Both the position numbers and the translations under genes were made by a program. The notes under the pieces were generated by a model. The model was not told where the DNA came from and searched no databases. It worked only from the letters and a program-made list of their open reading frames with translations. A stretch of DNA of 55,186 bases, filler included, from Jimgerdemannia flammicorona (taxonomy: Eukaryota), in NCBI GenBank assembly GCA_003990765.1. It is 3 parts of 3 records of this genome, joined end to end, with 100 filler letters (N's around TTAATTAATTAA, not from the genome) between each part and the next. Parts side by side here need not be neighbours in the genome. Positions count along the whole stretch, not along the records: positions 1 to 18,331 come from RBNJ01002236.1; 2 more parts are not named here. One strand, 5' to 3'. This document shows, in pieces, positions 1-10,089 of this stretch. The number at the start of each line of letters is the position of its first letter. The first letter of the stretch is position 1.

Positions 1-326
1 AAATTTCCAAAATCGGCAAATCAAAGAATTTCCAAAATCGGCGATTCAGACGTTTTCCTTCATAACTCAGCAACGCATGATCCGATTTCAATGTTCTTAG
101 TATCATTAGATAGGCTTTATTAAGGGCATTCAAATGACACCAAGATCATCAAATTTGGATGATTATTCATCAAATTATTGATGTAAACATTTAATTGTCT
201 AATTTGGAAATCAAAACAATGGTTGATTCGAATCCGATTCGAATCCCATCCGAGTTGATCCGGATGGGATTCAATCCGAATCAATCCGAATCCAATCTGG
301 ATTAAATTGACTCGTTAGGAGCACTA
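1..326. mobile_element. Right arm of a hAT-like non-autonomous DNA transposon (MITE)
   Basis: Ends in ATTGACTCGTTAGGAGCACTA, whose reverse complement TAGTGCTCCTAACGAGTCAAT matches the terminus at 36414. Has subterminal GATTCGAATCC-type repeats. Interrupts an LTR-A copy. A TAG-start TIR, with an 8-bp TSD in the relative at 19973, fits hAT. Confidence 0.7.
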
Positions 327-1302
327 GTTGAAGTAATCAGGGATGAATGCGGGTTGGTGTTCATACTAGTGGTCATTATCCCAATAAGTCTCGTATATAG
401 TTATGAACTGTTGTAAGTTCATTGGCAAGGTTGGCAGAGTGATCAGGGTTGGCAGGGATCCTTGGCTTAAGGTCATGTCAGCATCAGAGGGATCATTGTC
501 TTCTGCTTCATCTTTATTGAAGTGGATTATATTATAGATATCCTTCATAGTATATCCAACTTGGGGTATTTGCAGGATATGATCATTGGAGTGTGGGAAG
601 GTTCTGTCTGTGGTTTTGATGTACTTGAGATACTTCTGGTTGAGTTCTTGTATCATGTTATCGATTTGGCCATAGGACAGAGTAGCAACCATTTTACTGG
701 TAGTAACTCGGAGGCGAGGAATAATGGTACTGTACTTATAGAAGAGTTCTTGATGTTTGTGGGCGATGAGCTTCTGGTGTTGAGACATCTGGGTAATGTC
801 TATATTGTAGTGGTATTCGACCATGTCTTCCAGGAGGTGGCCGATCTGATACTAGCTTGAGATTTATCTGATTCAGTGGACCTCGCTAAGTATGTTCAGG
901 GCATTCCATTGGGCTTCCACAAAGTAGAGGGGTGCTAGACTATGGATATTCATGAGGGGCAGAGGGGGTATAGCTCAGTTGATAATGGCATTCCAAATGT
1001 CAGCGTGGATATGGGTATAGATCTCGGTAGTCATGTTTGTGTGTTTTGGTTCTCTGATTCAACGCATCTTGGTGCTTAGTATACATATATACATTTGGTC
1101 CTGATTGATAAGATTCCGTTTGTGTAACTCTTATATTCTATGACTTCATATTGACTCAGCTTTGTGCACTGTGACTTTGGTTTGACTCAGCTTCATGATT
1201 GAGCAGATGATTTTCAGATTTGTTCAGAGGTTATATGAGATTTCAGTGGCTTGTTCAGAGAGTGATGTATAATTTCAGTGGCTTGGAGGTTGTGTGCCTA
1301 CA
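327..1302 (-). mobile_element. Partial LTR-A copy (5' ~975 bp including decayed U3 ORF), antisense, inserted in the integrase of its own family
   Basis: Reverse complement starts TGTAGGCACACAACCTCCAAGCC like 10256 and 33926. ORF track 366..824 matches the LTR-A protein. Confidence 0.9.
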
Positions 1303-1720
1303 AGATATCTGAGGATACCAAGTCGACAACCTCAAGTACAGACCATCTACGAAGCTGAACAGCAAGTTCATTGGACCATTTGAAGTCATCACACAAGTCT
1401 CTCCTACCTCCTACAAACTGATGCTATCAGACACCATTAAGATTCACCCAGTCTTTAATGTCCAATATCTCAAGTGATACAATGAGAATGATGATAAACT
1501 ATTTCCAAACTGGACAACCAAACCACCTGCACCTGTCATTATTAATGATCAAGAAGAATACAAAGTTGAACAAATCCTCAATAAATGTGGCCACAAGAAC
1601 CACCTAGAGTACCTTGTCAAATGGAAAGGTTACCTAATCCATGATGCAACCTGGGAACCCAAGACCAATCTCCAGAATACTACTGACTTAGTTCAGGAAT
1701 ATGATTCCTTGAATAACTAA
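1303..1720 (+). pseudogene. Gypsy-A (chromovirus) integrase C-terminus with GPF motif and chromodomain
   Basis: Translates KLNSKFIGPFEVI...IHPVFNVQYLK*...EEYKVEQIL...EYLVKWKGYLIHDATWEPKTNL, with an internal stop. Confidence 0.92.
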
Positions 1721-2135
1721 AACCGAATACTCTGACACCTATCAGTATATACTATATATTATACCTCCTGAACATTATAATTATCACAAACCAAACCAAG
1801 AACTCAGCAAAATAAGACAAGAATACTGACTCTCTGGAAAAATAGCAAAACTGAAAGCAAGTCTATTCTCCCTATACCACTAGTGGGAAATGAGGTATAG
1901 ACATTTAAGAAGATTCCTTAGAGGAAATTCTCTAGTAGTGAATAATATCAGAATCACTTCTGGCACATGGCATTAAACACACAACCCTTTAACATGTGAA
2001 TCCAATATGTTAGACAACTGTACTACAAGTATGTAACTTTCTGAGAAAAATGGACTTTACCAGACTTTTGACCTCCCAAATGGTGTAACAACATTAGAAC
2101 AAAATTAGAAGGCCCCAACGAGAACATTGAAAGCT

Positions 2136-2148
2136 AAGAAGGGGAGAG
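2136..2148 (+). promoter_or_regulatory. Polypurine tract of Gypsy-A
   Basis: AAGAAGGGGAGAG lies immediately before the LTR start TGTAAG at 2150. Confidence 0.85.
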
Positions 2149-2149
2149 T

Positions 2150-3044
2150 TGTAAGTATACAACCTCCAAGCCACCGAAATCACATATCACTCTCTGAATA
2201 AAGTCACTGAAATCACACGCGACCTTCAAACAAATCTGGAAATCACCTGCTTGATCATGAAGCTGAGTCAAACTGAAGTCACAGCACACAAAGCTGAGTC
2301 AACATGAAGTTACAGAACATAAGATTCACATAAACAAAATCTTACCAATCAGGACCAAATGTATATATACTAAGTACTGAGATGCGTTGAATAGAGAACC
2401 AAAACAAATAATAACCACAACTTCTGAACATACTCAAACATGATCAGTGAGATCTACAACCATATCTGTGCTGACATTTGGAATGCCATTGTCAACCGAG
2501 CCACACTCCCTCTACCCCTTATGAATATTCATAGCCTAGCACTCCTTTACTTCATGGAAGTCCAATGGAATGCCCTGAATATGCTTAATGAGGCCCACCA
2601 GATCAGACAAATCTCAAGCTACTACCAGATCAGCCACCTCCTGGAAGACATAGTTGAACACTACTATAATACAGATATTACCCAGATATCTCAACACCAG
2701 AAGCTCATTGCTCACAAACATCGAGAACTCTTCTATGAGTATAGCACTGTTATTCCCCGCCTCTGAGTTACCATAGCCGAAATGATTGCTACCTTGTCCT
2801 ATGGCCAAATCAATGACATGATACAAGAACTGAACCACAAGTACCTCGAGTACATCAAAACTACAGACAGAACCTTCTCACACCTTAATGATCACATCCT
2901 GCAAATGTTCTAAGTCAGATTGTCATGAAGGATGTCTATGATATAATCCACTTTGACGAGGATAATGCAGAAGACAATGATCCCTCTGATACTGATATGA
3001 CCTCAAGCCAAGGATCTCTGCCAACCCTAATCATACTACTAACT
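2150..3044 (+). mobile_element. 3' LTR-A of Gypsy-A, truncated by the Penelope-like insertion
   Basis: Colinear with the first ~890 bp of the solo LTRs at 10256 and 33926, and follows the PPT. This links LTR-A to the chromovirus. Confidence 0.9.
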
Positions 3045-3380
3045 GAGGAGGAAGAAGGCCCAGCGGAAGCCAAGGGAGCGAACCCAGAGCCAGTGTCAAA
3101 GCGAACGGAAGACATGTGGAAGAGCGTGTATAAGGGGGACGAACAAAGAACATAACCAAAAATGCATCAGCCATTTATTGCCATGTAAAAACGTGGTCCT
3201 TATATACAAAATATGACATCCCAAATGGGAGGATATGCCACAACTCGGGGCGAACCGAATTAGGAACCACATGACCGCCGGAGATAGGCAGAGATAAAGG
3301 GAGAGCCAATCCCAGTTGCAGGATAAAAATCACAAACAAACACAAACAAAACAAATCCAAATCGAGATTAAAAAACATCC
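3045..3380 (-). repeat. Inverted partial pLTR
   Basis: Reverse complement of 3532-3867, making 3045-3867 a long imperfect palindrome. Confidence 0.92.
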
Positions 3381-3867
3381 TTGCCCCCTCTAGGGTCTCG
3401 TGCTCACTCCAGGGTCTCGGCCTTACTCCGCTCCCCTCCGCTGCCTTTGGCCCCTCGCTTCGCTTGGGCTCGCTGTGGCTTGCTCCGTTTCGGCCTCACC
3501 CCTCGCTCATGCTCACCCCTCCAGGGTCTGCGGATGTTTTTTAATCTCGATTTGGATTTGTTTTGTTTGTGTTTATTTGTGATTTTTATCCTGCAACTGG
3601 GATTGGCTCCCCCTTTATCTCCGCCTATCTCCGGCAGTCATGTGGTTCCTAATTCGGTTTGCCCCGAGTTGTGGCGCATCCTCCCGTTTGAGACGTCGTA
3701 TTTTGTATATAAGGACCACATTTTTACATGGCAATAAACGGCTGATGCATTTTCGGTTACGTTCTTTGTTCATCCCCCTTATACACGCTCTTCCACATGT
3801 CTTCCGTTCACTTTGACACTGGCTCTGGGTTCGCTCCCTTGGCTCCTGCTGGGCCTTCTTCCTCCTC
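3366..3867 (+). repeat. pLTR copy 1 (502 bp)
   Basis: Runs GATTAAAAAACATCC...CTTCCTCCTC. Contains TATATAAG at 3706, AATAAA at 3733 and the ORF1 ATG at 3797. Confidence 0.9.
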
Positions 3868-5014
3868 TACTGTACCGCCTGCCCTCGGGGCCTCTGTCCT
3901 CGTTGACAAGCTTATGGATGAGGTACTTCCTCCTCCCCCTCTCCCTGCCTTCACCCCCGCCACTGTCTCCTTCGAGACCTATGTCTCTTCTGCCATCCTT
4001 TCCCTCCCCCTGGACCTTCGTCCTTCTGGTCATCCGCTCCTCTCTCAGTTCCGGTCGGTTCTTGCCCTCTCTGCCAAAGAGGCTCGTCTCCACCGTGACG
4101 TCGACGTCATCGCTTCGCCCGCCATCTGCTACTCCATTCTCCCCGAGGCCCACCACCAAGCCCTCTCCGAAGAGGTCCGTGCCGCCACTGCCGCCGCCAA
4201 GCTTGCTGCCGCTGATGCCGCCGCTGCTTCCGCTGCCACTACTTCTATCTCCTTCCAATGTGCCTGTGCCGCTTTCGTGGCCTTCGCCTCCTCTCACCTT
4301 TTGGATGCTGCCCCCTTCTGCGGCTTCGCCATCCAAGACATTCCTTCTGTCACCACCGACATCGATGCCGTATGTCCCTTCCTCCTTGCCGGCACTTCTT
4401 TTGTTGCTCACCTTCACGAGCAGGAGTCATCTCGTGCTGCTGCCACTGCTCATGCCACTGCCACTGCTCCTCTGCCTACCTCCCCCGAGGTTTCGGTCTC
4501 CGAGGCCATCCACACCGAAGCTCGTACTGCTGCTCATGCTGAGGTTCATTCCTTCGCCGCTGCCGCCACCAAGGCCCCCTCCCAGACCCCCGCCAAGACC
4601 CCCGCCAAGCCCAACCGGGCTTCGTCGGCCTCTTCCCGGTCCCCCTCCCCCGCCAAGGCTTCCTCCTCCATTCCCCCTGCCCCCAAGCATGGCCGCCAAC
4701 TTGGTTCTCACCCCGTCGGGGCCTGGCCTTGTGCTGTCTGCTCCAGTCGCCTCCACCATGCCTACTGGCACCCAGCCAAGTCCGTCTGTCCTCATGGTGG
4801 TGTTCCTCGTGCTGCTGCCCCTTTGGCTGCTCGCTCGCCTTCGGCCTCCTCCGCCGGTTCTTCCTCCGCCTCCTCTCCCTGTACCCCTGAATGTAAGGGC
4901 TACACGAAAGCCTGTGGCCGCAAGGTCTGGCACTCTGATGGGGTGTGCTCTTGTTCGTCGAGTTTGCCACCCTCAAAAAAAGTCAGAGAGAAGAGGAAGG
5001 CCTCCTGCTCTTAA
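3797..5014 (+). CDS. PLE ORF1, Ala/Pro/Ser-rich with C-terminal Cys/His clusters
   Basis: Open 405-aa frame downstream of a TATA box, with the same C/T-ending codon bias as the RT. Motifs CAVC..H...HPAKSVCPH and CTPEC...C...H...C. Confidence 0.7.
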   Translation: MSSVHFDTGSGFAPLAPAGPSSSSTVPPALGASVLVDKLMDEVLPPPPLPAFTPATVSFETYVSSAILSLPLDLRPSGHPLLSQFRSVLALSAKEARLHRDVDVIASPAICYSILPEAHHQALSEEVRAATAAAKLAAADAAAASAATTSISFQCACAAFVAFASSHLLDAAPFCGFAIQDIPSVTTDIDAVCPFLLAGTSFVAHLHEQESSRAAATAHATATAPLPTSPEVSVSEAIHTEARTAAHAEVHSFAAAATKAPSQTPAKTPAKPNRASSASSRSPSPAKASSSIPPAPKHGRQLGSHPVGAWPCAVCSSRLHHAYWHPAKSVCPHGGVPRAAAPLAARSPSASSAGSSSASSPCTPECKGYTKACGRKVWHSDGVCSCSSSLPPSKKVREKRKASCS

Positions 5015-5100
5015 ACTTCCCCCTGGCGTGGTTCTCCCCCGGTGTCCCCGTCCCTTCTCGGATTCCGTCGTCGCTTCTGGTGTGCCCTGAGTAGTTCCTC

Positions 5101-7029
5101 ATGCTGTCCCCCCTTCGCCTTTCCCAGTTGCTTGTCCCGAATTTTCGGGTTTACTCTTCTCTTGGAACACTTTTATCTCCTCCTTTTTCTTCGGCTAACT
5201 GCTCCCTTTCTCCCCTTCAAGTCTTTGCCTTATCCTTGGGTCCTCGCTTTGTTTTTCCTGCGACTCCCTCACAATTCTCCTTCACTGATCTGGCTCATCT
5301 AATACGTTTTCATCGTGCTCTTGACCTTGCCATTTTCTTTCAAGATCATGGTGAGATGCCCTCATGCTATTTTGTTCCTAGCGATTGGGTCCTCCCTCTC
5401 AATGTCTCTTCACACTGCATATTCCTCGACATGGCTTGCTCACTGTCCGTTCCTGGATGAGCTCGCTCTTGCTTGGTTTCAGACCGTGCCATGCATACCA
5501 TGCTTAAATCAGTCAAGCAATTGCCTATGCACTTGCTCACAGTCACTGATAAGAATCAGGGTTTTGCACTTATTCCTAAGTTGCTCTACCTTGATGGCCT
5601 TTCTGCCCTCCTTCGAGCCACGGCTTACGAGCCTAGTGCTCTTGGATTGGATGAGGTTCTCACTCTTCTTCGGGTTTCTCTGGCTCACGCTAGATCGCTT
5701 TTGGATTTCTCATTCGCGAACCCCATTTTTAACTTCTTCCAGGACTCTTTGTCCTCTCCAGATATTTCTCTTCTGGTTTTCTATGCTCTTCCTAAAGTTC
5801 ACAAGCCTATTCTGGCTTGGCGTCCTATTACGGCTACTTACAGTTCTCCTACCACTGAGATTTCGAAGTGGTTATCCCGCTTCTTTCTCTCCTGGATGGC
5901 TCTCTTACAATACCGTCTTGGGCCTGAGTATACTATTCTTCACGATACTCAGGAGCTCGCCCTTCTCTGCTCCACCATTGTGCCTGTTCATTGCTTTTCC
6001 CATTTGGCCTCTGGTGACTTCTCTTCCTTCTATACTGCTATTCGTTTTGATGAGATCGATGATTGCCTTTGCTTCTTGGGTTCCTTGGTTTTTCCTTTGG
6101 ATTCCCCAGTTTCGCTGGCTTCCATTGTTGAGCTTACGCTCCTCGTCTACGGCTCTAATTATTTTGAGTCGGCCCTTGGCTCCTTTCACCAGACTTCTGG
6201 TATTGCCATGGGTACGAATTGTGCCCCCACCCTTACCAACCTCGTTGGCCTGGCCCACAAATTGCATGCATTACATGATATTACTTCACCTCTTTCCATT
6301 GCGTTCCGGGCTGGAGATATCTTCTTTCGCTGATACATTGATGACTTTATTGTCTTCACTGTTGCTGGTATTGATATCCCTAGTGTGTTCCTGGGCATCT
6401 ACCCTCTCCACCATTCTATTACCTGGGTGTGTGGTACGACTAGTATTCCCTTTTTGGACCTTTCCATTTCTCTTTCTCCTTTCCGAACTGTTGTTTATTC
6501 TCATTTTCCCCGTTTCCAACAGTTCCCTGACTTCTTGTCCAACCATCCTCGTTGCACTCTTCTTGAATATGTTCAGGGTGAGGCTCGTCGTCTTGCACTT
6601 TGCTGCTCCCATCATTCTGATTGGGTGTCTGCTGTTCAGGTTCTTGGCAACTTCGTAGTCCATCATCATGCCTACCCTATTTCTATCGTTTGTGATTTGC
6701 TTGCTTCTGTTGAATGGTCTGTTGTTCGCTCTACCCTTCTCTCTCCTCTTTATCCCCCCTCCCTTTCCTCTCTCCCCCCTTACCCTCTCCGTACCCCCTC
6801 TTCTTTCCCACCCCCGATTCTTATCATACCATTTGATCGTGCTCACTGGGTTGCTCAACGCCCTGATACCGTCCTGCACTCTTCTCTTTCATGCTATGGA
6901 CTTTCATCTCTTTCCTGATGCCCTCTGATTGCTCGTTCGTGTCTTCCTTCTGTTTCTTCTTCAATCCATCACTCTCGCTTTGCGTTTTCATCACCTTCTG
7001 GTGCCTCCGGTTCTGCCAGAGAGGATTAA
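5101..7029 (+). pseudogene. PLE reverse transcriptase (single frame, 3 premature TGA stops)
   Basis: LSLGPRF, TDKNQG, FYALPKVHK..RPI, DFSSFYT, QTSGIAMGTNCAP, *YIDD, FLDL, SNHP..GEARR..AYP. Stops at 5458, 6331 and 6916. Ends GAG GAT TAA inside pLTR 2. Confidence 0.92.
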
Positions 7030-7525
7030 AAAACATCCTTGCCCCCTCTGGGGTCTCATGCTCGCTCTGGGGTCTCGGCCTTACTCCACTCCCCTCCACT
7101 GCCTTCAGCCCCTTGCTTTGCTCGGGCTCGCTGTGGCTCACTCTGTTTCGGCCTCACCCCTTGCTCACGCTCACCCCTCCGGGGTCTGCGGATGTTTTTT
7201 AATCTCGATTTGGATTTGTTTTGTTTGTGTTTGTTTATGATTTTTATCCTGCAACTGGGATTGGCTCCCCCTTTATCTCCACCTATCTCCGGCAGTCATG
7301 TGGTTCCTAATTCGGTTCGCCCTGAGTTGTGGCGCATCCTCCCATTTGGGACGTCATATTTTGTATATAAGGACCGCATTTTTACGTAGCAATAAATGGC
7401 TGATGCATTTTCGGTTACGTTCTTTGTTCGTTCCCCTTATACACGCTCTTCCACATATCTTCCATTCGCTTTGACACTGGCTCTGGGTTCGCTCTCTTGG
7501 CTCCCACTGGGCCTTCTTCCTCCTC
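7024..7525 (+). repeat. pLTR copy 2 (502 bp)
   Basis: Direct repeat of 3366-3867. Confidence 0.92.
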
Positions 7526-7527
7526 TG

Positions 7528-8514
7528 CATTTTGATGAGATCGATGATTGCCTTCGCTTCTTGGGTTCCTTGGTTTTTCCTTTGGATTCCCCGGTTTCAC
7601 TGACTTCTATTGTTGAGCTTACGCTCCTTGTCTGCGGCTCTAATTATTTTGAGTCGGCCCTTGGCTCCTTTCACCAGACTTCTGGTATTGCCATGGGTAC
7701 GAATTGTGCCCCCACCCTTGCCAACCTCGTTGGCCTGGCCCACAAATTGCATGCATTACATAATATTACTTCACCTCTTTCTATTGCGTTCTGGGCTGGG
7801 GATATCTTCTTTCACCAATACATTGATGACTTTATTATCTTCGCTGTTGCTAGTATTGATATCTCTAGTGTGTTCCTGGGTGTCTACCCTCTCCACCATT
7901 CTATTACCTGGGTGTGTGGTACGACTAGTATTCCCTTTTTGGACCTTTCCATTTCTCTTTCTCCTTTCCGAACTGTTGTTTATTCTCATTTTCCCCGTTC
8001 CCAACAGTTCCCTAACTTCTTGTCCAACCATCCTCGTCGCACTCTTCTTGAATGTGTTCTGGGTGAGGCTCGTCGTCTTGCACTTTGCTGCTCCCATCAT
8101 TCTGATTGGGTGTCTGCTGTTTGGGTTCTTGGCAACTTCGTGATCCATCGTCGTGCCTACCCTATTTCTATCGTTCGTGATCTGCTTGCTTCTGTTGAAT
8201 GGTCTGTTGTTCGCTTTACCCTTCTCTCTCCTCTTTATCTCCCCTTCCTTCCCTCTCTCCCCCCTTACCCTCTCCATACCCCCTCTTCTTTCCCACCCCC
8301 GATTCTCGTCGTACCATTTGATCGTACTCGCTGGATTGCTCAATGCCCTGATACCATCCTGCGCTCTTCTCTTTCACACCATGGACTTTCATCTCTTTCC
8401 CAACGCCCTCTGATTGCTCGTTCGCGTCTTCCTTCTGTTTCTTCTTCAATCCATCACTCTCGCTTTGCGTTTTCATCACCTTCTGGTGCCTCCAGTTCTG
8501 CTGGAGAGGATTAA
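7528..8514 (+). pseudogene. 5'-truncated second PLE RT unit
   Basis: Duplicates 6044-7029 (FDEIDD...YIDD...AGED*). Confidence 0.9.
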
Positions 8515-9010
8515 AAAACATCCTTGCCCCCTCTGGGGTCTCGCGCTCGCTCCGGGGTCTCAGCCTTACTCCGCTCCCCTCCGCTGCCTTCGGCCCCTCG
8601 CTTCACTCAGGCTTGCTGCAGCTCGCTCCATTTCGGCCTCACCCCTCACTCATGCTCACCCCTCCAGGGTCTGCGGATGTTTTTTAATCTCGATTTGGAT
8701 TTGTTTTATTTGTGTTTGTTTGTGATTTTTATCCTGCAACTGGGATTGGCTCCCCCTTTATCTCCGCCTATCTCCGGCAGTCATGTGGTTCCTAATTCGG
8801 TTCGCCCCAAGTTGTGGCGTGTCCTCCCGTTTGGGACGTCGTATTTTGTATATAAGGACCACGTTTTTACATGGCAATAAACGGCTGATGCATTTTCGGT
8901 TACGTTCTTTGTTCGTCCCCCTTATACATGCTCTTCCACATATCTTCCGTTCGCTTTGACACTGGCTCTGGGTTCGCTCCCTTGGCTCCTGCTGGGCCTT
9001 CTTCCTCCTC
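8509..9010 (+). repeat. pLTR copy 3 (502 bp)
   Basis: Direct repeat of 3366-3867. Confidence 0.92.
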
Positions 9011-10089
9011 TGCTCTATGCATGATAAACATTATGCAAATGAGATACCAAAACATACAGAATAAATATATCATGTAGTTTAGATCATATACACCTTTGCA
9101 TACTTCATTAGGTAGTTCAAAAAATTCTCTGGCATGGTAGAGAGGTTGTGCTTCTGGTGTGTATGAATCTCATTCAACTTGGCTATTGTAAAAATTTTTT
9201 TTGTCGACATAAGAAGTGTTGTCTGGGTCTAGCACGAAGCTATGAGACAGGCTAATAAAGCAGTAAAAAAAATAATAATAAAATAAAATAACGTTAAGAA
9301 TAGAAAAATATGTAAGGCATCAAATTCAAGTATATTGAAACATATAGCTCCTCCATGCATTTTAATCCGAATTCATACAGGGTATCCTCCACCACTTTGC
9401 CCATCGAAAGTCTCCACTTTCATTCATCTGGCATTTCTTTGAAAGTCTTGGTGAAACGTTTTATGAACACCAACGCTGGTTCTTCGGTCACTTCCAATCT
9501 CCTCTTGCCATTTAAGCGAGTATCTCTTCTAGCTCTCACGGCTTCGGATGGAGAGCGACTCCCCACATCGCCTTCGGTTCCAGAATCTTCACCGTTACTA
9601 AACGCGAAAGAATGTAGTGTTAAATTTGCAGATCATTAAACAGTGATACATAAAAATAAACTTACAAAGGGACATATTCTGAAACCGCAGACTCGGTTTC
9701 ATCTTCATCACTATCCTAGCACTTTTGTTGTCCCCAGTTGTCTGGTACATAAAAGTATGTGGGCAATACCAGAGAATTTTCTTCATCGCCTTGATTTGAT
9801 GGAATGCTGATGTAGTCATAACATTAGATCTAATATGTATCAGGAGATAAAGGTTGATCATAGAGAATAAGGAGGCTTACCTCGACTTGAGACGATTTTG
9901 TCTATGTTGGCCCACTAAGTTTGAATACTTGTTCAATTCTTGTAGCTAGTCAACATGGTAATTAAACTAGTAGAAGAATAAAACAGGTAAATAACCAGAT
10001 AAATAATTCAAGAATAAAAGGAAACAACTCACATCACACAGCTCTGCCTCAAGCTGCTTCTCTTTTCTTTTCAATTGATAGTCTTTCAG

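Larger units (their letters stand above)
3045..9010 (+). mobile_element. Penelope-like element (PLE), endonuclease-deficient: inverted partial pLTR, pLTR, ORF1/RT, pLTR, 5'-truncated RT, pLTR
   Basis: PLE-type RT motifs, three 502-bp direct pLTRs and one inverted partial copy. The partial-tandem layout is typical of PLEs. No GIY-YIG domain is visible. Confidence 0.9.

Noticed and set aside
3738..3765. CTGATGCATTTTCGG as a hammerhead ribozyme in the pLTR
   Set aside because: The core is CTGATGC rather than CTGANGA, and no properly placed GAAA was found on either strand.
3045..3867. Long inverted repeats suggesting a DIRS element or DNA transposon TIRs
   Set aside because: The RT is PLE-type with no YR or transposase, and the repeats are explained as pLTRs.
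5315..6658. 447-aa hydrophobic ORF, plus 3813..5090 and antisense ORFs over the PLE, EDC4 and LINEs
   Set aside because: Shadow frames caused by C/T- or G/A-biased codon usage. Conserved motifs lie in other frames.
7396..8514. 372-aa ORF as an intact gene
   Set aside because: Chimera of pLTR sequence read into a 5'-truncated RT.
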